From Eledone cirrhosa (Eukaryota), in contig OZ024741.1 in the NCBI GenBank assembly GCA_964016885.1, positions 294,004,001 to 294,068,000 on the forward strand: DNA of 64,000 nt, read 5' to 3'. The translations under genes and the position numbers were made by a program. Below are positions 1 to 11,631 of the stretch, piece after piece (the stretch's first letter is position 1; every line of letters starts with the position of its first letter). Below the pieces are notes generated by a model. It was not told where the DNA came from. It searched no databases and saw only the letters and a program-made list of their open reading frames with translations.

Positions 1-145
1 AAATGAGGTTGGAACTAGGAAGAGGATCCTGCTGTAGAAACCAAGCCAAAATCAATTCTGTTTGAGCAAGACACAATAGGATAACTTGTCTAGCCCATGC
101 CAGCATGGGAAAATGAATGTTAAACAGTGATGATGATTATGATGA
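1..145 (+). mobile_element. 3' end of RTE-type LINE/SINE with (GAT)n tail
   Basis: Diverged match to the RTE 3'UTR at 53128-53288 (aaatgaggttgg...gctgtagaaa...cccatgc..gcatgg...gatgatgat). Confidence 0.75.
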
Positions 146-651
146 TATATATTTAATTTGTTTGGGAGATAGAGAGGGTGCAAGAAAAAGAAAGAAAATG
201 AGAGTGAGTGAGACAGTGAATTTATAATTGTTGTTTGAAATACAGAGAGGATGAAAGATAGATAGAGAATAGGCAACAAAGAAAGTGAGTAGAAGTGACA
301 CATTGAGCTAGTTTATAATTTGTGTTTGAAATAGAGAGAATAAAATTGAGATAAATAGATAAGGGTTAGTTAAAGACAGAAGGTCAAAGAAAGAGCTGGA
401 ATATGGCAACAAAGCATGTGAGTGTGTGAGAGAGAGAGAGGGAGAGAGAGTAAAAGATAGAGAGGTTAAATCAACTAATGAGTGAAAGAGAGCATGAGAG
501 AGAGAGAGAGTCAGTGAGTTCATCATTTGTTTCCATATTCTAATTACTTTGGATTAATCATCCATGTTATGAAAAATATGTTTTAGCTGTGAATGTATTG
601 TATACAAAACAGATGTTAATTTCAGTTTCAAATAACTCTAGTGTTCATTTA

Positions 652-720
<69 letters not shown>

Positions 721-759
721 AAGTTTATTATAGAAATGGCTTTTACAGGGCAAGAACAG

Positions 760-782
760 TTTCATTCAATAGAAATCATCAG
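760..782 (-). ncRNA. Degenerate hammerhead core
   Basis: Minus strand CTGATGA-t-ttc-tatt-gaa-t-GAAA, then AATAAA and (TA)n at 720. Stem I does not pair. Confidence 0.35.
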
Positions 783-901
783 GAAATCTTCTCTGTAGAA
801 GACATTTTTATATTAAACTTAATACTTACACTCTACTCATCTATTGAGGACCTTACTAATTGTGGTTGCCACCAATTGAATCCAGGACTCACATCTATGT
901 G

Positions 902-959
<58 letters not shown>

Positions 960-1082
960 CATATATATGTAGCAATATACCCATTTAAGCCATGCTAGTT
1001 TGGAAAATAAACGCTAAACGATGATGATAAGTAGATGTGAAAAGGAAAAGGGAAATTGCATTGAAATGGGAAGAGAGCAAAA

Positions 1083-1270
1083 ATATATTATTTATTTATG
1101 TTCATACACAGAACAAAAGTGCTGTCCAAGGTTTCAAGGCCCCTATTCAAAAGTAAAGCTTTTAACGGTATCTTATAAACTCATATAAGCACCTGAAGAG
1201 AGGTCACTAATTTGATGTCTCTTGTATTCTGGAGGTATGGTCAAATTTGGGCCTTGAAACTATGAACATA

Positions 1271-1280
<10 letters not shown>
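1083..1280. mobile_element. Fold-back remnant with hammerhead-like core (Penelope-like end)
   Basis: CTGAAGA 1193-1199, long stem II (gaggtc..aatttga / tcaaatt..ggcctt), GAAA 1256-1259. Segment gggccttgaaac...atgaacataaataa is repeated inverted at 1083-1142. Confidence 0.5.
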
Positions 1281-1329
<49 letters not shown>

Positions 1330-1679
1330 GTGTGTGTGTGTGTGTTCTTTTTGTCGTTGTCATCGTTGTTGTTGTTGTGTGTGTGTGTCTATGTGTAGAT
1401 GCATATATATGAATATATGGGCCTATGTGTTGCAAATTTATGTTTTTAGTGGGAAAAGTGTAGTTGAATCATAACAAAATGTATGCTCACACACACATAA
1501 AGACAGACACACACGTATCTGTGCATGTTGAGGGTATAAATAATACTTTTATTTCTGATTCTTAATTAACTCACATACAAATGCTTGATAAACATTTCTG
1601 GAGGAAAAAGCTACATGTGTCTGCCTGTTATACATTTATGTGTGTATTTTGTTTATATATGCCTCTTTCTCTCTCTCTT

Positions 1680-1720
<41 letters not shown>

Positions 1721-1721
1721 G

Positions 1722-2104
1722 GAATTTAGCTTCAAACATAGCTGTATATAGATATGTATTTGAATTTAGTATTTCTAAAGAAATACGATATGTTTATAAA
1801 TAAACATTTAGAAAGCCATAGCTATGAAAAACACTGGCAGCTAATGCCACCAAGCAGTGCTCAGCAGAAGCTAGGGGGATAATCGTTGATGCATTTCGAA
1901 CTTAACTGGTTCTCTTCTGCTCCTGCAACTGCTGGACTTTGAAAAAAGGTGAAAATATATAGTTTTTTTGCCTGTTTAAATGATATGATTAATCTCGTTT
2001 GGATATGAAGCTGTTTAAGTTGGATCAACTTAATATACAATAGAATTAGAATTTAGCTTCGAACATAACTCTATACAAATATGTATTTGAATTTCGTATT
2101 TCTA
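1722..2104 (-). mobile_element. Partial-tandem element between microsatellites with degenerate hammerhead
   Basis: ~55-bp direct repeats at 1722-1776 and 2049-2104. Minus strand 1888-1919 reads CAGAAGA-gaac-cagttaa-gttc-GAAA-tgca-TC. Confidence 0.45.
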
Positions 2105-2112
2105 ATATATAT

Positions 2113-2162
<50 letters not shown>

Positions 2163-2186
2163 TAAAATAACAGATTAAAGTTTAAG

Positions 2187-2230
<44 letters not shown>

Positions 2231-2233
<3 letters not shown>

Positions 2234-3459
2234 ACTAGAGATTGATTAACATATAAATAAACATGAATAATCACAGGAGATAATTTTTACAAGTGTGTAA
2301 CCACACATAGCTAGGTAGGTAACTAAATAAAGTTGACCAGAACTTCAAAAATAGATACCTTATAATATGATTAATCTTCCCTGTATATATTCCATTAAAG
2401 AAATATATTTCACCAATTAATCAGATGGTAAACCACAGAGGTGGAGTCTTGGATTTTCAACAAGGAAGAAGTTCCAGCAATCCGTGTTTACACTTCAAGT
2501 TCAAATCAGCGACTGGCCAGCACGTGTTGTATTTACTAGAAATACACACATCATACTAGCTTCGTCCCAGTGGCGTGAATAGGGTTATCGACAACTAGAA
2601 ACAGCAGTCGAGTCCTTTCAACAGAGTTAACTCTACAATTAAGGAGCCGTATTTATATATCTATATCCAAAATTAAGATAAATCAAATGAATTTAATCTA
2701 AATCAAAATTATGGGTGTCATGCCAGAAAGACATGCGCCATATCACCCGCAAAATAAGCTCTAAGATTCTAACGAGTAGGTCCGAGGATTTTATAATAAC
2801 TAGAGATTGATTAACATATAAATAAACATGAATAATCACAGGAGATCATTTTTACAAGTGTGTAACCACACATAGCTAGGTAGGTAACTAAATAAAGTTG
2901 ACCAGAACTTCAAAAATAGATACCTTATAATGTGATTAATCTTCCCTGTATATATTCCATTAAAGAAATATATTTCACCAATATTCACGCCACTGGGACG
3001 AAGCTAGTATGATGTGTGTATTTCTAGTAAATACAACACGTGCTGGCCAGCCGCTGATTTGAACTTGAAGTGTAAACACGGATTGCTGGAACTTCTTCCT
3101 TGTTGAAAATCCAAGTCTCCACCTCTATGGTTTACCATCCAATTAATTGGTGAAATATATTTCTTTAATGGAATATATACAGGGAAGATTAATCATATTA
3201 TAAGGTATCTATTTTTGAAGTTCTGGTCAACTTTATTTAGTTACCTACCTAGCTATGTGTGGTTACACACTTGTAAAAATGATCTCCTGTGATTATTCAT
3301 GTTTATTTATATGTTAATCAATCTCTAGTTATTATAAAATCCTCGGACCTACTCGTTAGAATCTTAGAGCTTATTTTGCGGGTGATATGGCGCATGTCTT
3401 TCTGGCATGACACCCATAATTTTGATTTAGATTAAATTCATTTGATTTATCTTAATTTT

Positions 3460-3463
<4 letters not shown>
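2231..3463. mobile_element. Non-coding element: 565-bp partial tandem plus inverted copy, inserted in (TA)n
   Basis: 2231-2417 recurs at 2796-2982. 2983-3463 is the reverse complement of the monomer segments. Both ends abut (TA)n. Confidence 0.7.
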
Positions 3464-3499
<36 letters not shown>

Positions 3500-3585
3500 T
3501 AAAATAACAGATTAAAGTTTAAGCAAAGAATCGCTGCGTGTGTGTATATATATATATATACACACACACACACATACACACACAC

Positions 3586-3667
<82 letters not shown>

Positions 3668-3861
3668 TAGAAAGAGTCAGGGTCTGATGACTGAGCTCTT
3701 GCTGAAATGGTCCCCAGATATTGTGAGTGTGTGTGTAGTGGTGGGAGGGAGAGGTAAATATTTTGTATTTTCTTTATATAGTATATTTGAGGTCTACGAG
3801 GTTTGAAAGTGTACGGATGTTCTATTTATATGTATATTAGATGTACATAAAATTATATACA

Positions 3862-4100
3862 AGTTATCTCCTTCAAAATACAACCTTTGGGAAGTCACAC
3901 AGTGGTTCCAATGTCTTTTTCCATTGATTGTAGCAATACCAGATGTTATTTTCTTGCTCATTGGTTACTGGTATGTTTTCCACAGTCTCAAAATGATGAC
4001 CTTTCAACTTTGATTTTAACTTAAGGAAAAAGTAGAAATTGCCTGGAGCTAGATCTCAGCTTTATATATGCAGTATGACGAGGGGTGTATGATGCAGGGC
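3862..4100 (-). pseudogene. mariner transposase C-terminal remnant
   Basis: Minus strand translates DLAPGNFYFFLKLKSKLKGHHFETVEN, then after a frameshift HWNHCVTSQRLYFEGDN. This resembles mariner YSPDLAPxDF...WxxCVxxxGxYFE. Confidence 0.75.
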
Positions 4101-4280
4101 TATAAGTTGTGAAGCTCATACCTACATTAGTTTGTTAACCTGTTTAGTTCTCAATATTTATATTGTAAATTTTTAGAAGTGTTGGTGCTATGGGAGAAAC
4201 AGATAAGGATTGACTGAGTGGGAGGAGGAGAGAGGGATTAACTGTAGTGGGTGGGAGGGTGGGGAGTTGAGATGAGAGAG

Positions 4281-4465
4281 ACTAACTGTAGTAGGAGGGT
4301 GAGTATGGAGTAGAGCGACTAACTGTAGTGGGAGGGTGAGTATGGAGTAGAGCGACTAACTGTAGTGGGAGGGTGAGTATGGAGTAGAGCGACTAACTGT
4401 AGTAGGAGGGTGAGTATGGAGTATAGCGACTAACTGTAGTAGGAGGGTGAGTATGGAGAGGAGAG
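4281..4465. repeat. 37-bp G-rich minisatellite, 5 copies
   Basis: Unit actaactgtagt(a/g)ggagggtgagtatggagtagagcg at 4281, 4318, 4355, 4392, 4429, with degenerate copies on both sides. Confidence 0.95.
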
Positions 4466-5042
4466 AGATTAAATGTTGGGGGGGGGGGGAGAAGAGAAAG
4501 ACTAACTGAGGTATGAGGAAGAGTGGGAAGAAGAGAGAGAAATTAAATGCAGTGTGAGAGAGTGTGGGGAGAGGAGAAAAATTAACTGTAGTGGGAGGAA
4601 GAGAGGTGGGGGAAAGAGAAGTGATGAGTAGTGGGTGGAAAAGATAAAGAAACATTTTAATAGGAGGGGACACAGTGGTGAAGAAGAGCAGAAGAGACTG
4701 AGGGGGGTAGATATTAAGTGTAGTAGGATGAATTGGTGATGATTACCTATAGGAGTAGTTGTGGGAGGAATTGATAGTACTGTAAATGACCATCTAGCAA
4801 AATAAACCAATGCAAAGTTTACCCAAGGGATTCAAATATGGCAGAACATAACTATATGGCTTTCTTTTCATGGGCCTCAGTATAGTGTCTGCATACATGT
4901 ATATTTATATATAGATGTGCATATACATGTGTATGTATATATCAATAGATATACACTGATACTCATTTATGTATGGGTGCATATATGTATGTCTGTGTAT
5001 GTGTGTGTGTTTGTGAGTATATATATATATGTATATATACAG

Positions 5043-5093
<51 letters not shown>

Positions 5094-5204
5094 GGACACA
5101 CATATTTGTGTGTGTGTATTTATATATGTATGTATATACATTTATGCACACAAATGTGTGTTTATATATGTATATATATAGATATATAGATATGCATGTG
5201 TATT

Positions 5205-5264
<60 letters not shown>

Positions 5265-5502
5265 CATATATATGTATAAATATATTTATACAGACATTGT
5301 GCGTATGTGTATGTGCTGCTTATATAAGTCTTCATTCTTCTATATCATTGATTCATCTATATTATAACAATACCAATATTTATTTGATATGAAGTGGCCT
5401 GGCAGATATTAACTAAATTCTCTGGAGAAAATTTCATTTTTGTTCTTATTGTTGCAGTGATTGTTATTGCTATCTCAATCACCCACATAAAATAAATGAT
5501 TA

Positions 5503-5591
<89 letters not shown>

Positions 5592-6129
5592 TATTATTAT
5601 CATCACTATCCTCATTAATATTGCTATTGTTGTTATTGGGCTAGCCCTAAAACCAAGATTCTGCCATAACAATGACTTGGTTGATATATATAATATAAAC
5701 TGTATCTTTAATGATTGACTCTTCATTGGTTTCAAATTATGATTCCTCTGGTTAACAATAGGAATGGTAAAATGAATATTTGCTAGGGCGGTGGTAGGCG
5801 TGCATTCTTGTTTGGTGTCAAAACTCCTGTAATTGTATTAAAAGGGGAAATTTTAAAACTGAAAAGATGCTCTTTCAATTACATATTTAAGAGCAATATA
5901 ATTAATATTAGGTGGTTTCTCTTCTAATGTGCAAGCAGATCCTTTTCTTATTTCCTATGGTGTTCTTCTAAACTTCCAGTTATATTTTATCTATTTATTT
6001 ATTTGCTTTTATTCTTATTGCTTGTTTCGTCTGTTAACTACTCTCATTCTCATTCACTTTTCTACTGTACTCTCTAAAATGTCTTGGGTCCTTGTGGTTA
6101 ATAAATTAGACTATTATTACTTTTTGTCC

Positions 6130-6340
6130 TGTGGATTGGCAGAGTCATTGGAGCATCAGACAAGCTTTGCAGAATTTAGTAACAGTCTTTTACATTCTGA
6201 GTTCAAATCCCACTGACATCAACTTTGCTTTTCATCTTCTTGGGGTTGATAAAATAAAGTACAAGTATAATACTTTCATCAATAAAATCAACTCTTCACT
6301 CCAAACAAATTGCTGGCCTCATGCCTAAGGTAGAAATCAT
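6130..6340 (+). mobile_element. Diverged tRNA-derived SINE (family A, long variant)
   Basis: ggattggcag A-box, gagttcaaatccc B-box, core aactttgcttttcatc...gataaaataaagtac, end tgctggcc...gtagaaa. Confidence 0.75.
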
Positions 6341-6461
6341 TATTGTTCATCATATTTTCCAACATTTTTATGTGAGTTCCCACCTTAACACCAAAAGCCC
6401 CACCACTTTCTTGAAGTGTGTGCTGCAGTTGTTTCTTTTAGGGAATGTCAAATTGCATTTG

Positions 6462-6850
6462 TACTCTCAGGTACCAAATAGTAGGTGGGGCTTGGAATAA
6501 GTGGGGGTGGGTGGCGGAATCGATAATTTTTCTCGGTTGTCTCCCTTGATTTTTTTAAAAACCAAAATTAGTCATTTACTTTACATATTGAGACCCCGTC
6601 CATCCTATTTATTTTATAACATATGGGATTTCTTGTAATGTACTTTTTGTCATGTATAATGTTTTTTAATGCCTAAAGAAAATTTATTATTACAGGATGC
6701 TACTACTTGAAACAATTTTTTGCCAAACATAGATAAGTGAAATTTAATAAGTGAGGGGTTTGGAATAATAGTAGGGAGGTTGGAAAAAATCTGAAAAATT
6801 AATAAGCATTGGGAGGGGGGGGGGGCGATTATATTGGTTTTGCATTATTG
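6462..6850 (+). mobile_element. Non-autonomous DNA element (MITE-like), homologous to 44645-45012
   Basis: Internal ~200 bp matches the reverse complement of 44740-44900. Start tactctcaggtaccaaatagtagg, with repeated ttggaataa motifs. Confidence 0.6.
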
Positions 6851-6941
6851 TAGAGTGATGTTTATATTTTGTATGCATTCTGTAATTGGTATTATGAGTT
6901 TTAGAGTTAGATGTTGATTGTGTAACATGTACTGTATGGAT

Positions 6942-7425
6942 TCATCATCTTCATCATCATTTAACACCCGTTTTCCTTGCTAGCAAAGTTTGGATGGGTC
7001 ATCTTTAGACCAGGTCAGTACTCAAGCAGAACTACTATCCTCTCAGGTGGGCTAGGGACCTGCATCTTGCTTACATAGGTTTCTGTGCGCTACTGATCCT
7101 AAATGCACACGCAAGCCCTAAGCCCACTCAAGGCTAAATTCACACTCAAGTCCTTGGTCTACCCAAGACTAAATTCATACTTGTTCTTCGTCTACCCAAG
7201 GTTAATTTCACACAGAAGACCTAGGACTACCCAAGGCTAATTTAACACATGAGTCCTAGGTCTATCTGAGGCTAAATTCACACATATATCCATTATCTAC
7301 CCAAGGCTAATTTCATTAACTGTTCATTGTCTACCTGAGGATAATTTCACACACAAATCCTTGATCCACCTGAGGCTACAGTAGAAAGAAGACACTTGTG
7401 CTGGTGTACCACATAGTGAGTTTGA
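6942..7425 (-). mobile_element. SINE remnant with internal ~36-bp minisatellite
   Basis: RTE-type (CAT)n tail at 6942, SINE motif gaggctacagtagaa..gacacttg at 7372, ~7 units ctacccaaggctaaattcacac at 7120-7380. Confidence 0.6.
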
Positions 7426-7743
7426 TTATAAACAAAAATATGTAAGAAAGTCAAGCTATTTATTTTCAATCATGTCATATTTAAGATCTAAAATAATGGC
7501 CAAAATTGGAAGTACATGCCATTCTTTTCGATGAAGTCTTATGCAGAATAAAACATATTTAAATTTTCATAGGTTGTAGAATTATTTAGCTTGGAAAAAT
7601 TTAACATCAATTAACTGGCATTAAAAATGAAAGGAGATTTGGAAAAGATTTTACAAGAAAGTAAAAAGAAATTAAGAAGTCACTTTAGATAGATAATATA
7701 TATATGTGTTTTTGCATCTCTGCATTTGTCTCATTTATTCTTG

Positions 7744-7787
<44 letters not shown>

Positions 7788-7903
7788 GAAAATAGAGAAA
7801 TTAATGTGAGCAAGAAGCCAACAGTATTTCATAATATATAAGTGACTATAACATCAAGATGGAAAATATTTAACGTAAGATATGGGAAAATAATTCAAAC
7901 TCA

Positions 7904-7936
<33 letters not shown>

Positions 7937-7944
7937 TGTATGTA

Positions 7945-7988
<44 letters not shown>

Positions 7989-8354
7989 CGTGTGTGCGCA
8001 CGTGCGTGTGTAAACAAAACAAATAGCAATAAAAAAATATACTAGGCTACTTCTTTAAATTTATGATGCTCTGATGATCTGAAGCTGTTGATGGCAGCAT
8101 TTTTAAATGGTGACAAAATGTATCAGGTTCCTGTCAAAAATGTTTTCCTGAAAAGCATTTATGTAATCTTTATCTTGTCAAACATTATTTTCTCAGCATA
8201 TAAGTTCAGCATATAAGTTCAACACATTATAACACATGTGTATTAGATGTTCTTATATGTGTTTATGGCTTGCTGGTGATGTCAGGTGGCGAGAATTTCT
8301 TTCTTTGTTTTTGGTGTAATTTCTGTGTGAGTCTTTATGAGTGTGTGTGTATGC

Positions 8355-8391
<37 letters not shown>

Positions 8392-8449
8392 TAATATATA
8401 GGCATAATTACATCTTCAAGATGCTTCATATTCATTCACACACAATTGT

Positions 8450-8485
<36 letters not shown>

Positions 8486-8591
8486 CTGTATATAAATGAA
8501 GTATTTCCGTCGGAAAGGTACAGGAAAAAAGAGTGCTCTATGTAGGCAACAGAGCTTATTAGTTATGTAATAAACAACATAAGATAATTAT

Positions 8592-8652
8592 TTCATTTAC
8601 CAGTGGTTTCTTGAAGGCAGATGTTATGTCTGTCTTCAGTCGTCAGAATGAA
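8592..8652 (-). ncRNA. Type I hammerhead ribozyme (predicted intact)
   Basis: ttcatt-CTGACGA-c-tgaag-acagacataacatctgc-cttca-a-GAAA-ccactgg-TA-aatgaa. Stems I, II and III pair. GUA cleavage triplet. Confidence 0.8.
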
Positions 8653-8987
8653 TAAATAACAGGGTGTTTTATTAAATATGGATTTGAAAACAAAATTTAG
8701 GAAATATGAAAGGAAATAGGGGAAAAAAATTTATAAAAAATATATATAAAAAAATGAATATCCAGAACATAAACATACACACACTCAACTACGCGCATAT
8801 ACGTAATAGTACGTAGACGTATATTTTCTCACATAAGCGTATTTGCGTCAACATAGAAATACGAACAGGAACATTTTTTATAAATTTGTTTCCCCTATAT
8901 CCTTTTTGCCTGTTTTTTTCAGCCTCACTTTCATATTTCCTAATTTTGTTTTCAAATCCATATTTAATAAAAACACCATGTTATTTA

Positions 8988-9045
8988 TTCATTCTGACGA
9001 CTGAAGACAGACACATCTGCCTTCAAGAAACCACTGGTAAATGAA
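8988..9045 (+). ncRNA. Type I hammerhead ribozyme (predicted intact)
   Basis: Stem I ttcatt 8988-8993 / aatgaa 9040-9045, CTGACGA 8994-9000, stem II tgaag/cttca plus caga/tctg, GAAA 9027-9030, stem III A-cc-act-gg-T. Predicted cut after 9039. Confidence 0.8.
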
Positions 9046-9046
9046 A

Positions 9047-9123
9047 TTTTGCCTTTCATCCTTACGGGGTCGATAAAATAAAGTACCAGTAATGCACTGG
9101 GTAATTGCACTGGGTAATTGCAC
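9047..9123 (+). mobile_element. Internal fragment of SINE family A
   Basis: tttgcctttcatccttacggggtcgataaaataaagtaccagtaatgcactgggtaattg. The 5' head is missing where the fold-back abuts. Confidence 0.85.
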
Positions 9124-9689
9124 ATACAGAGAGAGAAAGTGAACCCTCGATACATATAAAAATATATATAGATATTTATCAATTTTTAATGGGATCACTC
9201 AAGGTGCAATATACAAACAGTTCCATTTGAAAGTCATTTAGTGGAATACACTTAGCGACAAAATATAATCTAGCTTAAACTCTTTCCATGGCAAAAGGCC
9301 ATTTCACCATTGAAATAGCTTAAGCTTGGCTTTAGGGCCAATGTATCTTACTAGTTTCAGTTAGTAGCATATCTCTATATACACCCTTACACACACATGC
9401 ACAGACAGGAATGCGTTCTGTGATTTTGGAAAAGTTGTACGAAGGTTCAGTGGCTAAAACAAATTTAAGAACTACAAAAATAAGTGATTTAGTTGTATAC
9501 TTTGCTACACTGGTATAATAATATATAAAGAGGTGGGTGTGAATAAGGACAGTGTTATGTTTGGCAGAAACTGAGTGCAGGAAAAAAGTCACACTAGGTC
9601 AATACTGGGCAAACAAAAATCTATTATCGGACTTTCCTCTCACCTCATATTGTGACTTAATTAGGAATCTGTTCTAAGCGGAAGTCTCA

Positions 9690-9905
9690 TCAGGTTAGTG
9701 CTTATCCTGGGTTCCCTTAGTGTTAAGTGACTGAGAGTACATGACTCTCCCTGGACAGGATGCTGGTCTATCGTAGGTTTAACTCCCCAGGTACTAAAAT
9801 AAAGTGTTTTGATCAAGAACACAACACACAACCTGGTCCAGGAATCAAACTGACAACATTACAATCATATTTCATGCATCATAACCATTGGACCATGCAC
9901 CTTCC
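9690..9905 (-). mobile_element. Diverged tRNA-derived SINE (family B-like head)
   Basis: Reverse complement of tgcatggtccaatggtta...gtttgattcctggacc...tgtgttgtgttcttgatcaaaacactttattt. Confidence 0.65.
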
Positions 9906-9934
9906 CACATTAGGAATCAGTATTAGTAATTATC

Positions 9935-10145
9935 ATAAGTGGAGTAAATTGGCAAAATTGTTAGAGCATCTGTGGAAATGCCATTGTGGTAGTCAGTCTG
10001 GCTCTTTATATTTTTAGGTCAAATGCCAATGAGATTAATTTTACCTTTCATAAGGTAAAATAAAGTACCAGTCAAATACTGGGTTGATTTAATCAACTTT
10101 ACCCTTCCCTCAAATTTTCTGACATTCTACTAATATGAGAAATCA
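9935..10145 (+). mobile_element. Diverged SINE family A variant
   Basis: ttggcaaaattgttagagc...ttttacctttcat...taaaataaagtaccagtcaaatactggg. Confidence 0.65.
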
Positions 10146-10327
10146 ATATAAATAATCATTATTATTGTCATCATCATCATCATCACCATCAATAGTAGGA
10201 GCAGCATTATTGGTTTCACCACCATCAAACCATATCATCATCACAATCTTCAATACAATATCATAGCAACACCATCATCACAACAATCATCATTTTCATC
10301 ACTATTTTATATATCATTTTCTGCCAG

Positions 10328-10410
10328 GAGTTGCGACCGGTATCAGCAATTGGAAAAACCAATAGAAACATTGTTTTCTAGGTCTAATCTGACGAGTTCC
10401 ACCTCACTTG
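10328..10410 (+). other. Candidate 83-nt internal exon of an unknown gene
   Basis: Acceptor tcattttctgccAG and donor TTG|GTAAGC. The single open frame reads SCDRYQQLEKPIETLFSRSNLTSSTSL. No homology recognised. Confidence 0.3.
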
Positions 10411-10834
10411 GTAAGCTAATAAGGTCTGGGATCTTGTTGATTGGGATAAAAAAAAAAAGAAACATCTTTATCGTCATCAACATTATCACTAATAATTGTC
10501 ATCATCATGATTATCTTCATCATCATCATTGTCACTTCACAGACATTTTCATATTTATCAACACCATCACCATCATCTCATACTTCAAAGAGAGAGAGTG
10601 TGTCAGAGAGAGAGAAGGGGGGGGAGGCAGCAGACAGGGAGTAGTAGGAGAGAATTTAATAAAAGGAAGTGTTTGTACTAATTTATAACCAATTATTACT
10701 ATAATGAAGTAAAGAATATTTTGAAAATTAAATTAAATAAACAAAACAATAATAAACACAAGAAAACAAATATAGGGTTAAAATAACCAAAATGCCTGAA
10801 AAAAAATAGAAAGATAGATAGTGATACACTAGAT

Positions 10835-10864
10835 GTATGTACATATATGTATATATACATATAT

Positions 10865-10916
<52 letters not shown>

Positions 10917-11179
10917 TTCTCTCTCTCTCTCTCTCTCTCTATGTATATATGTATGTGTGTATATATATATATATGTATATATATATGTGTATATATATAT
11001 ATATGCGTATATATATATATATGCGTATACATACATATATATATATATATATGCATATATATATATATATATGCGTATACATACATATATATATATATAT
11101 ATGCATATATATATATATATATATATATATGCATATATATATGCATATATACATACATATATATATATATATATATATG

Positions 11180-11219
<40 letters not shown>

Positions 11220-11273
11220 TATATATATATATGCATATATATATATATATATATATATGCATATATATATATA

Positions 11274-11313
<40 letters not shown>

Positions 11314-11357
11314 CATATATATATATATATATATGTATGTATATATGCATATATATA

Positions 11358-11405
<48 letters not shown>

Positions 11406-11538
11406 TATATATATATATATGCATATATATATATATATGCATATATATATATATATATGTATGTATGTATACGCATATATATATATACGCATATATATAT
11501 ATATACACACATATATATATACATATATATATATATAT

Positions 11539-11626
<88 letters not shown>
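10835..11626. repeat. ~790-bp compound (TA)n microsatellite with GC/AC interruptions, flanked by (TC)n and (GA)n
   Basis: Read directly. It is the source of six spurious IY/YI ORFs. Confidence 0.97.

Positions 11627-11631
<5 letters not shown>

Larger units (their letters stand above)
8590..9047. repeat. Long inverted repeat (fold-back), arms ~8590-8740 and ~8874-9047
   Basis: Near-identical inverted arms with a ~26-nt indel and a CpG-rich spacer. No TSD. Confidence 0.9.

Noticed and set aside
3678-3716. CTGATGA...GAAAtggTC hammerhead-like match
   Set aside because: Stems are out of register, and related sequences at ~20435 and ~53372 lack the core.
4281-4465. CRISPR-like 37-bp repeats
   Set aside because: Head-to-tail with no spacers, no cas genes, eukaryotic context.
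8590-9047. hAT or Mutator MITE reading of the fold-back (cagtggttt start)
   Set aside because: No TSD, the inverted repeat extends beyond CAG, and the ends fold as hammerheads.
9411-9518. 35-aa ORF MRSVILEKLYEG...
   Set aside because: Short, no homology recognised, poor splice context.
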